From NCBI GenBank assembly GCA_938034705.1, contig CALHMG010000054.1, forward strand, positions 25,773-89,772: DNA of 64,000 nt, given 5' to 3'. Source of the DNA: an uncultured Gammaproteobacteria bacterium. GTDB taxonomy: Bacteria > Pseudomonadota > Gammaproteobacteria > Arenicellales > CALHMG01. Positions 19,597 to 29,371 of the stretch are shown in pieces; position 1 is the first letter of the stretch, and each line of letters begins with the position of its first letter. The notes beneath the pieces are model-generated. The model was not told where the DNA came from. It was given only the letters and a program-made list of their open reading frames with translations, and did no database searches. The translations under genes and the position numbers were made by a program.

Positions 19597-22161
19597 ATGG
19601 GTTTTCTCACTCGTTTTCTGTCGCGCCTGACCTTACGGATTATCGGGTTTATTGCGGCCATTGCGATCGCGCTGGGTGTCGGCGTGACGCTGTTCGCCCT
19701 GACCCTGATGCCGGATCTGCCGTCGATAGAATCCCTCGATGACATTGAGCTGAAAGTCCCCCTGCGAGTGTATTCCGCCAAAGGCGATCTGCTGGCCGAA
19801 TACGGCGACGAAAGACGCGTTCCCGTCACCGTAGATCAGGTGCCGCGGGACGTCGTCAATGCGATTCTCGCCGCCGAGGATGATGGCTTTTACGAGCACC
19901 CGGGAATCGACATCAAGGGCGTGGTGCGGGCCGCACTCGCCAACGTCAAACAGGGTGGCTCGGCCCAGGGCGCCAGTACCATTACCATGCAGGTCGCGCG
20001 CAACTACTTCCTGACTCGCGAAAAAACCTACACCCGCAAGCTGCGTGAAGTGCTGCTGTCGTTGCGACTTGAGCGGGCGCTCAGCAAAGACCAGATTCTT
20101 GAGCTGTACATGAACAAGATTTTTCTCGGTCACCGGGCGTACGGTTTCGCGGCCGCTGCGGGCGTCTACTACGACCGGGGTTTACAGGAACTCGACCTGT
20201 CACAGATCGCGATGCTGGCGGGACTGCCGAAAGCGCCCTCGCGTACCAACCCGATCAGCAACCCCAAACGAGCGGTCGCCCGTCGCAACTACGTTCTCGA
20301 CCGCATGCATTCAAAGGGCTGGATCAACGACGAGCAGTATCAGATCGCACGGGAGAAACCTGTGTCGGCCAAGAAGTACGTGGCCAAAGTCGACGTTGAT
20401 TCCCCGTACGTCGCCGAGATGGTTCGCCAGTACATGATCGAGAAGTACGGCGAGAACGTCTACGAATCCGGCTACAACGTCTACACCACGATCGTGCCCG
20501 AATATCAGCGGGCCGCCGACGCGGCGGTTCGCAAAGGTGTCATCGCCTATGAGAAGCGACACGGATGGCGCGGCCCCGCCGGCACGGTGGATCTTGCCGT
20601 AATCGATGACCAGTACGAACTGTCCAAAGCGCTGTCCGAACACCCGACGAGTCATGAAGTCGTACCCGGCGTAGTCGTTCGGGTAGACGGCAGCAACGCA
20701 CACGTGATGCTTGAGTCGCTGGACGAAATTGCCGTGCCCTTCGAAGGCATGAAGTGGGCGCGCAAATTCAAGAACACCCGACTTCGCGGTCCCGCCCCGA
20801 AAAAGCCCAGCGACGTACTCGAAGTTGGAATGATCGTGTATGTGATCCCGACGGTGAAAGGAAGCTGGGAACTTACGCAGCTCCCTGAAGCGTCTTCCGC
20901 GCTGGTGTCGATAGACCCCAACAACGGCGCGATCAAGGCAATCAGCGGCGGGTTCGACTACTACCTGTCCAAATTCAACCGCGCGACCCAGGCCGAACGT
21001 CAGCCCGGATCAAATATCAAACCGTTTATTTACGCCGCCGCGATCGACAAGGGCTTCACTCCCGCCTCGCTCGTCAGTGGCGCGCCGATTGTGATCGAAG
21101 ATTCCGAGGTCGAGCAGGTATGGCGACCCGAAAACTACAGCGGCAAATTTTTTGGCCCGACACGCATCCGCAAAGCGCTGAGCCTGTCGCTCAATCTCGT
21201 GTCCGTCCGACTGCTGCGCGCAATCGGGCCGGGGTATGCGCGCACCTACCTTGAAAGATTCGGTTTCGATCGCGACAAGCTTCCCAAAGGACTTGCGCTG
21301 TCTCTTGGCAGCGCATCGGTAACGCCTCTGGAACTGGCCACGGCATACACGGTTCTCGCTAACGGCGGCTACCGCGTCGAGCCTTACTTCATCAGCCGTA
21401 TCGAAGACCGGGCGGGCCAGGTTATCGAGGAGTTCAGTCCACTGACGGTTTGCAGCACCTGTCCCGACCCGGACCCTGCAACACTGGCGGTTGGTGACGA
21501 CGAGAATCTGCAACAGCCCGGTGCGGCGCCGGCCTCCGCCGACGACGGTAAACCCCGCGTTGCGCCGCGTGTACTTGATCGCAAGACCGCGTTTTTGATG
21601 CAGAGTCTGCTGCAGCAGGTTGTCAAAAGCGGCACCGCGCAAAAAGCCAAAGCCCTCGGTCGCAGCGACCTGGCAGGCAAGACCGGCACGACCAACAACT
21701 TTGTTGACGCGTGGTTCTCGGGATTCACGCCACAGCTGCACACAACCGTGTGGTTCGGTTTTGACCAGCCTGGCGACCTTGGCAAGTCAGAGTCGGGCTC
21801 TCGCGCGGCGCTGCCGGTCTGGATCGACTACATGAAAGTCGCGCTGAAGGACTACCCCGAAAAATCACAGCCGATCCCCGACGGTATCGTTACCGCGTAT
21901 GTCGACAAGGACAGCGGCGAAGCCACGAGTCCGTCGAATCCCAACGGCTACAAAGAATACTTTGCGGCCGGCACTGAACCGACATACGCCGGCGGGTTTA
22001 CGTCGGGTCCGTCTGCGCCAACCGTGTCTGGCGGAGTCAGCACAATCAACGGCCGCGTCATCAATCCCCAGCCCGGTGCTGCGGGTCAACCCGGCGCGGT
22101 CTCCACACCGGATCTCCCCGCGACCGGCACGAATCAGGGCGGCTCGGAACAACTGTTCTGA
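19597..22161 (+). CDS. ponA: penicillin-binding protein 1A (bifunctional transglycosylase/transpeptidase)
   Basis: TM anchor, glycosyltransferase-51 motifs (EDDGFYEHPGID, RKLREV), and transpeptidase motifs SNIK (SxxK) and KTGTT. ATG at 19597 with AAGGA Shine-Dalgarno. Divergent from pilM, as in Pseudomonas. Confidence 0.93.
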   Translation: MGFLTRFLSRLTLRIIGFIAAIAIALGVGVTLFALTLMPDLPSIESLDDIELKVPLRVYSAKGDLLAEYGDERRVPVTVDQVPRDVVNAILAAEDDGFYEHPGIDIKGVVRAALANVKQGGSAQGASTITMQVARNYFLTREKTYTRKLREVLLSLRLERALSKDQILELYMNKIFLGHRAYGFAAAAGVYYDRGLQELDLSQIAMLAGLPKAPSRTNPISNPKRAVARRNYVLDRMHSKGWINDEQYQIAREKPVSAKKYVAKVDVDSPYVAEMVRQYMIEKYGENVYESGYNVYTTIVPEYQRAADAAVRKGVIAYEKRHGWRGPAGTVDLAVIDDQYELSKALSEHPTSHEVVPGVVVRVDGSNAHVMLESLDEIAVPFEGMKWARKFKNTRLRGPAPKKPSDVLEVGMIVYVIPTVKGSWELTQLPEASSALVSIDPNNGAIKAISGGFDYYLSKFNRATQAERQPGSNIKPFIYAAAIDKGFTPASLVSGAPIVIEDSEVEQVWRPENYSGKFFGPTRIRKALSLSLNLVSVRLLRAIGPGYARTYLERFGFDRDKLPKGLALSLGSASVTPLELATAYTVLANGGYRVEPYFISRIEDRAGQVIEEFSPLTVCSTCPDPDPATLAVGDDENLQQPGAAPASADDGKPRVAPRVLDRKTAFLMQSLLQQVVKSGTAQKAKALGRSDLAGKTGTTNNFVDAWFSGFTPQLHTTVWFGFDQPGDLGKSESGSRAALPVWIDYMKVALKDYPEKSQPIPDGIVTAYVDKDSGEATSPSNPNGYKEYFAAGTEPTYAGGFTSGPSAPTVSGGVSTINGRVINPQPGAAGQPGAVSTPDLPATGTNQGGSEQLF

Positions 22162-22186
22162 TTTGAGCGCCCCGACTTAACCCAAT

Positions 22187-22220
22187 AAAAAATGTCCGGC
22201 GCGGTGCCGGACTTTTTTTT
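22187..22220. terminator. bidirectional intrinsic terminator between ponA and topA
   Basis: AAAAAA-T-GTCCGGC-gcggt-GCCGGAC-TTTTTTTT. Confidence 0.8.
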
Positions 22221-22251
22221 GCTGCCAGAGCCATGACCCGCTTGCGCCGGT

Positions 22252-24918
22252 TCAGTCGTCGGCTTTCTTCGCGGTCTTCTTTGCGACCTTTTTCGTGGTC
22301 TTCTTTTTGGCTGCTTTCTTTTTGCTGGCCTTTTTCTTGGAAGCCTTTTTCTTCGACGCCTTTTTGGTCGCATTTTTCTTTGCAGCTTTCTTGGTCGCCT
22401 TTTTGGTCTCGGTCTTTTTCGACGTCTTTTTCTTCGCGCCCTTCTTGCCGCGACGTACCGGCGCTTTCTCCAGCATCTCGATGCACTGTTCCAGCGTCAG
22501 CGATTTGGGCTCTACGTCCTTTGGAATCTTGGCGTTCTTTTCGCCATTGGTCACGTAGGGACCGTAGTGTCCGTTCAGAACCTCGATCTCGTGCTCGGGG
22601 AAAGTGTTGATCACACGATTTCGATCAAACTCTTTCTTTCCTTCAATGAGCTCACGCGCTTCTTCAAGCGTCACGTACCTCGGGTCGCCGTCCTTCAGAG
22701 AGACGAACTTGTATTTTTTCTCGTCTTTGCAGCGCCATCTCACATAGGGGCCAAAGCGTCCAAAGTTCGCGGCAATCGGCTCACCTTCAGGCGTTTCGCC
22801 AACTTCACGAGGCAGCTTGAACAGCTCCATGCCTTCTTTGAAGTCGAGCTCGTCCATCCGCTGGCCCGGTATCAGACCGGCAAACTTGGGTTTGATTTCA
22901 TCGCCGTTTTCGTCGACATCGTCCTTGGTCCCGATCTGAACGATCGGACCATAGCGCCCCATGCGCACGGTAACCGGCCGGCCGCTTTCAGGGTCATCGC
23001 CCAGATAACGCGACTGCACCGCTTCTTCACGCGAGACGCTGACTTCCTTGTCGTCAACCAGTTCCTTGAATGGAGTCCAGAAATCACGCAGCAAAGGCAC
23101 CCATTCTTTCTCGCCGCGCGAGATAGCGTCGAGGTCATCCTCGAGTCCTTCTGTGAATTCGTAGTCCACGTATTTCGTAAAGTGATTGGTGAGGAATGCA
23201 CTCACCACCTTGCCCACGTCGGTGGGCCTGAATCTTCGGTTCTCGAGCTCGGCATATTCTCGTGCTATCAGAACCGAGATGATGCTTGCATACGTTGAGG
23301 GTCGACCGATGCCCAGCTCTTCCAGCGTCTTGACCAGGGTCGCCTCGGTGTAGCGCGGCGGTGGCTGGGTGAAATGCTGCTCGGGCCTGATTTCGTGAAG
23401 ATCAACAATGTCGCCTTCGCTCAGATCAGGAAGCATCATTTCCTTTTTTTCTTCTGCCTTGGTCTTGGCTTTCTCGTCCTTGGCCTCGTCGCCGTCCTTG
23501 CCTTCCTTATCGTCGGCTTTCGTCTCGGCATCGTCCTCGGGTTTGTCGTCAGTCCCTTCCTGATACACCGCCATGAATCCCGGGTGCACGATGCTTGAAC
23601 CTGTCGCCCTGAAGATGTTGCCTTTGCCCGCCTCCATCTCTACCGCGACGTTGTTCAGGGTTGCGTTGATCATCTGGCACGCCATCGTGCGCTTCCAGAT
23701 CAGCTCATAGAGCTTGTTCTGATCAGCCGAAAGACTCTTCTTCACGACTTCAGGCGTACGCTCGACGCTGGTTGGACGAACCGCTTCGTGTGCTTCCTGA
23801 GCGTTTCGCGACCGGCTCTTGTACGTGTTCGGCTCTGCCGGCACGTTGTCTTTGCCGTAGCGCTTTTCGATCACGCCTCGAATTTCTTCCACCGCCTCGG
23901 CGGCAAGGTTGACGGAGTCGGTACGCATGTAGGAAATCAAACCCACGGTTTCACCGCCGTCGATCGCCATGCCTTCGTAGAGTTGCTGAGCAATGCGCAT
24001 CGTGCGCTGGGCACCAAATCCCAGTTTGCGCGAAGCCTCCTGCTGCAGAGTCGACGTCGTAAACGGCGGTGCGGGCTTGCGCGTCGTCTGACGTTTTTCA
24101 ACGTTAATGACGTTGAGCTTGCCGTTCGCTTTTTCCAGAAGCTCCGCCACCATCTCTGATGCCTGCTTCTCGTTGGTAATGCTGAACTTGGTGTTCTCGT
24201 CGGCCGTGCTGCCGGTGACCGTCTGCTCTTCTTTCGGCTTTCTGCGGACGCTTGTGATCAGCTTCTCGCCGTGAAAGTGAGTCAGCTTGCCGAGAAACGG
24301 CTGCTGCTTTGCTTCAACATCGGCCTCGACCGTCCAGTATTCCTGAGGATTGAACTTGTGTATCTCTTCCTCGCGCTCGCAGATCAGTCGCAAAGCCGGG
24401 CTTTGCACGCGACCTGCCGAGAGACCGGGTCTGACTTTTTTCCAGAGCAGCGGTGACAGGTTGAAACCGACAAGGTAGTCCAGCGCACGTCGTGCCTGCT
24501 GGGCGTCGACCATCGCGCCGTTAAGCTTCTGCGGGTTGTCGACCGCCTTTTGAATTGCGTCTTTTGTAATTTCGTAAAACGCGACACGATGAACGTCCTT
24601 GCCCTCGAGCAGGTTGCGTTCCTTGAGCAGTTCCTGAAGGTGCCAGGAAATTGCTTCGCCCTCGCGATCCGGGTCAGTCGCCAGGTACAGCGTGTCCGAC
24701 TTCTCGATCGCTTTGCAGATTGCGTCGACGTGCTTTTCGTTCTTCTCGATAATCGAATATTTCATCGCGAAGTCTTCATCCGGATTGACCGCCCCTGTCT
24801 TGGGCAGCAGATCCCGGACGTGGCCATATGAGGCCAGCGCCTTGAAGTCCTTACCGAGGTATTTCGTAATGGTCTTCGCCTTCGCGGGCGACTCCACGAC
24901 GATTAAATTCTTTGCCAT
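22252..24918 (-). CDS. topA: DNA topoisomerase I with a cysteine-poor C-terminal repeat region and a lysine-rich tail
   Basis: TOPRIM N-terminus MAKNLIVVESPAKAKTI and active-site region ISYMRTDS. 888 aa. The C-terminus is ...KKASKKKASKKKASKKKAAKKK.... Confidence 0.95.
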   Translation of the reverse strand: MAKNLIVVESPAKAKTITKYLGKDFKALASYGHVRDLLPKTGAVNPDEDFAMKYSIIEKNEKHVDAICKAIEKSDTLYLATDPDREGEAISWHLQELLKERNLLEGKDVHRVAFYEITKDAIQKAVDNPQKLNGAMVDAQQARRALDYLVGFNLSPLLWKKVRPGLSAGRVQSPALRLICEREEEIHKFNPQEYWTVEADVEAKQQPFLGKLTHFHGEKLITSVRRKPKEEQTVTGSTADENTKFSITNEKQASEMVAELLEKANGKLNVINVEKRQTTRKPAPPFTTSTLQQEASRKLGFGAQRTMRIAQQLYEGMAIDGGETVGLISYMRTDSVNLAAEAVEEIRGVIEKRYGKDNVPAEPNTYKSRSRNAQEAHEAVRPTSVERTPEVVKKSLSADQNKLYELIWKRTMACQMINATLNNVAVEMEAGKGNIFRATGSSIVHPGFMAVYQEGTDDKPEDDAETKADDKEGKDGDEAKDEKAKTKAEEKKEMMLPDLSEGDIVDLHEIRPEQHFTQPPPRYTEATLVKTLEELGIGRPSTYASIISVLIAREYAELENRRFRPTDVGKVVSAFLTNHFTKYVDYEFTEGLEDDLDAISRGEKEWVPLLRDFWTPFKELVDDKEVSVSREEAVQSRYLGDDPESGRPVTVRMGRYGPIVQIGTKDDVDENGDEIKPKFAGLIPGQRMDELDFKEGMELFKLPREVGETPEGEPIAANFGRFGPYVRWRCKDEKKYKFVSLKDGDPRYVTLEEARELIEGKKEFDRNRVINTFPEHEIEVLNGHYGPYVTNGEKNAKIPKDVEPKSLTLEQCIEMLEKAPVRRGKKGAKKKTSKKTETKKATKKAAKKNATKKASKKKASKKKASKKKAAKKKTTKKVAKKTAKKADD

Positions 24919-24983
24919 GAGGCGTTTATGCTCCTGATGACCGAGTGAGAACCACCCGGTCAGATTCCACTTACCCTTAAGTC

Positions 24984-25004
24984 AAAAGCCGGCGTCAAGC
25001 CGGC
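24984..25004 (-). terminator. terminator-like hairpin in the smg-topA spacer
   Basis: On the minus strand, GCCGGC-uugac-GCCGGC followed by UUUU. It sits about 66 nt upstream of the topA ATG. Confidence 0.45.
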
Positions 25005-25375
25005 GCATTAATAAGAGTGATCGTTACGTTCTCCTACTAGGGTATTCGCCAATACCGGCCTCCTGTCAACACCGCGTTGTTCCACCGGTACCTCCTAATG
25101 CCGGATTGACGCTACGCACATGGGGCTAAACCAGTTCAAAAACAAGCTGTTTTGACTCCGGTAAACGTTGTGAAAATTCATTTTCGGACCGTAGTCGAAT
25201 GACAACGAGGGCGACCGATAGTTCGCCGAACGGTGCCCGAGCAGCCGGTAGCCGGCGACCGATCGGCGATCTGACTGCGGACTTGCGTGCGCAGGGCCGC
25301 GCGGGCTTAAGGTCGACCTTGAGCCCGTCAGCGGTCAGGATTCATCAACGAAAGATGATGAAGATGCCCGGAGAC

Positions 25376-25882
25376 TCAGTGAGGATTGACGCTGTCCATG
25401 ACCAGTTCTTCGGCCCACAACGCAATACGTTCGTCTTCGGATGGGCAGCTCGAAAGCACCATCATGACCACCCAGCGAACGTGATCGACATCAATCTCGT
25501 CGGACTCCAGTGCCATGACCCGATCGATCACAAGCTCACGCGTATCGGGATCAAGCACACCCGCTGACTGAAGCATGGTGATCAATCCGTAACCTTCCGG
25601 CCCAAGACGATTGGCCTCGGCTTTGGAGAGATGGCGAATACTGTCTGCAGAGCCGCCACGCAAAAGGCCCTTGGGCAGACTGTTATCGTTGTCGTCGCAC
25701 AGGGTAGAAAGATCTTCGAGCCAGTCGAACGCCTTGACGATTTCGCCTTCCGCGAAACCGGCACTGACAAGTTCTGCGTTCAGCAAGTCCTGATCAGGGC
25801 GATTTTCAGCCCCTTCCACCATATAGTTTTCAAACAGATACAGCAGGACTTCGAGAACGTCTTCTTTGGCGTTAGCGGTCAT
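25376..25882 (-). CDS. smg: Smg protein (DUF494)
   Basis: MTANAKEDVLEVLLYLFENYM... aligns with E. coli Smg (MFDVLMYLFETY...). Downstream of dprA. The track start at 26005 is over-extended. Confidence 0.88.
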   Translation of the reverse strand: MTANAKEDVLEVLLYLFENYMVEGAENRPDQDLLNAELVSAGFAEGEIVKAFDWLEDLSTLCDDNDNSLPKGLLRGGSADSIRHLSKAEANRLGPEGYGLITMLQSAGVLDPDTRELVIDRVMALESDEIDVDHVRWVVMMVLSSCPSEDERIALWAEELVMDSVNPH

Positions 25883-26061
25883 TCTTCTTATGCGATGTTT
25901 TGTGCGATGTGGCGTAGTAGCTTGAACAGCAGCGATTTCGGTCAGGCCTGAAGGGTCATGTGGGTCTCGGGCACGGTCGTCCATGACGTGCAAAAGCATT
26001 ACCACCGGGCCTTGAAACTGAAAACTGCCTTCTTCTTGACGGGTCTGAGTTTCGATATCGA

Positions 26062-27291
26062 TTACGGCAGCTTGTTCGGTGGGCGTGAACTGCGAACCAC
26101 GAACCCGCCGGGCAAGGTATTAACGAGGCCCTGAACCTCCAGTGTGATCACCTCGGCGCTCAGTTGCGCGATGGTAAATCCGCTGGTGGTGGCCAGGACA
26201 TCGACCGATACCGGACTGTACCCAATGTGCGCAAGGAGTGCATGCGGGCTTTGGCAGTTTTCCTCAAAGTCCAGCGGTCGGACTGTCTCGTTTCGGGCAG
26301 ACGCGTGCGCGGGGTCGTGACCTTGCGGCAAGGCTGAGGGTCGGGCGCAGATTCCGGTTTGGTCCTTGACTGAATCGCGCCATCCGAGATCGGCAATCAG
26401 CTGGGACGGATCGTCGACCAGCATCGCACCCTCGCGGATCAGGCGATGGCAGCCGGTATATTGCGACACCCCAACCGGGCCCGGCACCGCGAACACGTCC
26501 CGGCCCTGGGTCCCCGCGAGCCTCGCGGTGATCATGCTGCCGCTTTTTTCCGCACCTTCGACGACGAGCGTTCCCAGACTCAGTCCACTGATCAGTCGGT
26601 TACGTCTGGCAAAGTGCGAGGGGCGCGCCCGTGTGTCACATCTGAACTCGGTAACGAGCACGCCGTTTCGGGCGATTGCGTCGGCCAGCTTGTGATGCTG
26701 GCGCGGGTAGATGAGATTCGGTCCGGTGGCCATGACCGCCGCCGTGGTGCCACCCGCCGCAAGCGCCGCTGCGTGGGCGGCGCCATCGATGCCAACCGCA
26801 AGTCCACTGGTGATCCCGAGACCGGCCGCGGCGAGTTCTCCCGCGAACCGCTGCGCGTTGCTCATGCCGTCACGGGTAGCGTTACGACTGCCGACAATCG
26901 CGAGCTGTGGTCGATCAAGCGTCGCCAGGTCTCCGGTCACATACAGCACCAGCGGTGGATCCGCGATCTCCCTGAGCAACGTCGGATAACGCGAATCGGC
27001 AAGTGTCAGCAGCGTGTTTCGTTCGTCGTCCAGCCAGCGAAGATCTGCACTGGTGTCTAGACCCGGCGCATCGTCGATCCACTTCGCCAGCTTTGCCGAC
27101 AACGGGGGCACGGCGTCGAGCCGCTGTTGCGCGACCGAAGAATCGAACAGTCGCTCTGGCACAAAGTCCAGTGCCTTGAGAATCTGAAGGCGGTCGGTGT
27201 AGCGCAGACCGCGGGCGTGGGCAACACGTATCCAGGCGTTTACGCACGCGGTCGAGGCTGGCTGATTGTTTATGATTTCGGACGGTTGCAT
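26062..27291 (-). CDS. dprA: DNA processing protein DprA/Smf
   Basis: Rossmann-like DprA core (LAIVGSRNATRDG...GLAVGIDGAAH) plus a C-terminal winged-helix-like extension. Conserved position next to def. Confidence 0.9.
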   Translation of the reverse strand: MQPSEIINNQPASTACVNAWIRVAHARGLRYTDRLQILKALDFVPERLFDSSVAQQRLDAVPPLSAKLAKWIDDAPGLDTSADLRWLDDERNTLLTLADSRYPTLLREIADPPLVLYVTGDLATLDRPQLAIVGSRNATRDGMSNAQRFAGELAAAGLGITSGLAVGIDGAAHAAALAAGGTTAAVMATGPNLIYPRQHHKLADAIARNGVLVTEFRCDTRARPSHFARRNRLISGLSLGTLVVEGAEKSGSMITARLAGTQGRDVFAVPGPVGVSQYTGCHRLIREGAMLVDDPSQLIADLGWRDSVKDQTGICARPSALPQGHDPAHASARNETVRPLDFEENCQSPHALLAHIGYSPVSVDVLATTSGFTIAQLSAEVITLEVQGLVNTLPGGFVVRSSRPPNKLP

Positions 27292-27383
27292 GACTATCGC
27301 CCCGTGCCGCTGCCCAAACGCAAAAAACCCGGCGCTTGCGCACCGGGTCTTCAGGGTACTGCCTCGAGGGTCGGTGTAGCGAC

Positions 27384-28460
27384 CTACGGTGTAGACACAA
27401 AATCGTTGATATGCACGGACCGTGTGGCTTTCATCACCAGCGCGTAGCTGACTCGGTCAAAAGTTCGAAACACCATGAGCAGACCGGTGTCCTCACGCGG
27501 AAGGTCGTAGAGTTCCCGGGTTACCGGGTCACGATGCTTGCGCTCGCCTCTTTCGATCCGCAACACCGTGCCGGTCTTGATGCCGTCGGTTTCGCCAAGA
27601 TTTATCGCCACTACGGCGTAGGGTCCAAACTCGCGGATGCCGTTATGCGCGTGAATGATCTTGCCTTCGATGTCGGTCTCCGGAGGAGCCGGAAAGTAGT
27701 AAGGCAGCGCCGATGTGTCCGGTGCCGGAATCAGTCGATCCCCGGGCGTGATTTCTTCGGGCGAACGGGTCGCCTCCAGTTTTGATACGTCATCCGTACG
27801 GCGCAGCATGCGGGCGTCGCCAACGTAGATCGCCTCGTGGCCAAGTACTTCTTTGGTGTCCGGATCCTTAAGCGCGCGGCCGGGACGAAAAATCTGATAC
27901 ACGTCGGTATCACTTGCCGGCAGGTTGCGTGCATAAAACTGCTGATGCTTGCCAACGATAATGTGGTCGTCGACGCCGACGGTGACGTAACCGGCCGTGT
28001 CGAGCTCATCTTTCCCGACAAGCAACGGCTGAGTCAGAAAAGGCTGAATGATGTTGGGTGGAATCGTTGTGATCGCCTTGGCGTTCGGGTCAACGTAGAT
28101 GCCGGGCGAGAGCTTCATGGTCTTGCCGGTAAATCGCTGGTTGCGCAACACCTTCAGTGACGGGTTTCCGTTGGCGTCATAGGCCACCACAATCACGTCA
28201 CCGGCGTAGATCAGATGCGGGTTGGCAATCTGCTCGTTCACCTTCCAGATTGCCGGCCAGCGCCAGGGGTCTGACATGAACCGCTCGGCAATACCCCACA
28301 GGGTGTCGCCTTCCTGCACGGTGTAACGGTTGGGGGCGTCATCGCGCAGCGTTACGGAGTCGGCAACAGCCGGCGCCGGAGTCAGTGCGAGTGACGTCAG
28401 AATTGAAAAAGCCACGGCCACTGCCGCGGCCCGTCTTGCGAGCGAGATATGCATGGTCAA
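27384..28460 (-). CDS. tsaP: LysM-domain secretin-associated protein TsaP-like
   Basis: Signal peptide, then LysM (YTVQEGDTLWGIAERF), and a long C-terminal domain. Same dprA/def-flanked position as P. aeruginosa PA0020 (from memory). Confidence 0.8.
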   Translation of the reverse strand: MTMHISLARRAAAVAVAFSILTSLALTPAPAVADSVTLRDDAPNRYTVQEGDTLWGIAERFMSDPWRWPAIWKVNEQIANPHLIYAGDVIVVAYDANGNPSLKVLRNQRFTGKTMKLSPGIYVDPNAKAITTIPPNIIQPFLTQPLLVGKDELDTAGYVTVGVDDHIIVGKHQQFYARNLPASDTDVYQIFRPGRALKDPDTKEVLGHEAIYVGDARMLRRTDDVSKLEATRSPEEITPGDRLIPAPDTSALPYYFPAPPETDIEGKIIHAHNGIREFGPYAVVAINLGETDGIKTGTVLRIERGERKHRDPVTRELYDLPREDTGLLMVFRTFDRVSYALVMKATRSVHINDFVSTP

Positions 28461-28808
28461 ATCAGTCCTTCGATGCCATGATTATTGTCGTGTCGGCCCG
28501 TTCCCCCAGACGCTCTTAAGCGCTTGAATTTGCAAAGCTTGCGCCCCATCTATCCCGACAGTGACGATAGCCTTCCGAGCCCGTTTCAATTAAAGTATAG
28601 GCAGGATTTGAGAACCGCCAATTGATAGTGGGACCAGTGGTTCGGAGAAGCCTAATACACTGAAAATAAAGTCTTTTTCGCCAAATTGATGCCTTCGACC
28701 GGCGGCCCGAAACAAAGCCGATGCGCGTCCTGCAAGACGCGGACCCGCCTTTAACCTGCAACCACACCACCTCACACAGACCTCGCACTCAACAAAACCC
28801 GGACGCTC

Positions 28809-29318
28809 ATGGCCCTGCTCGACATTCTCGTTTATCCCGATCCCAGGCTGCGCAACAAAGCCGCTGCCGTAGAGGAATTTGATGAGTCGGTCACCACACT
28901 GGTCGCCGACATGACGGAGACGATGTATGCAGCCCCCGGTATTGGTCTCGCGGCGATTCAGGTCAACGTGCCCCGCCGGATCATCGTCATAGACACGTCT
29001 GAAGACCGATCGGACCTCAGGGTCTTTGTGAACCCGCAGATCATCGAGAAGGATGGCGAACAGCAGATCGACGAAGGCTGTCTGTCCCTGCCGGGGATCT
29101 ACGCGCCGGTAGACCGAGCCGAGAGTATCGTTGTTCGCGCGTGCGACCAGCACGGCGAGCCTTTTGAGCTTCGTGCAGAGGGTCTGCTCGCGGTCTGTAT
29201 TCAGCACGAGATCGATCATCTCGACGGCAAGGTTTTCGTCGACTACCTGTCACGCATGAAACGCGACCGCATCAGGCGAAGGCTGGAAAAAGAAGCGCGC
29301 AAACGCGACGTCGCGTGA
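28809..29318 (+). CDS. def: peptide deformylase
   Basis: Motifs [13 protein letters not shown] and HEIDH. Confidence 0.95.
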   Translation: MALLDILVYPDPRLRNKAAAVEEFDESVTTLVADMTETMYAAPGIGLAAIQVNVPRRIIVIDTSEDRSDLRVFVNPQIIEKDGEQQIDEGCLSLPGIYAPVDRAESIVVRACDQHGEPFELRAEGLLAVCIQHEIDHLDGKVFVDYLSRMKRDRIRRRLEKEARKRDVA

Positions 29319-29371
29319 ACCCGGGCAGTGGCTCTGAACAACCGCGCAATCCTGTCGACGCCGACACGACC

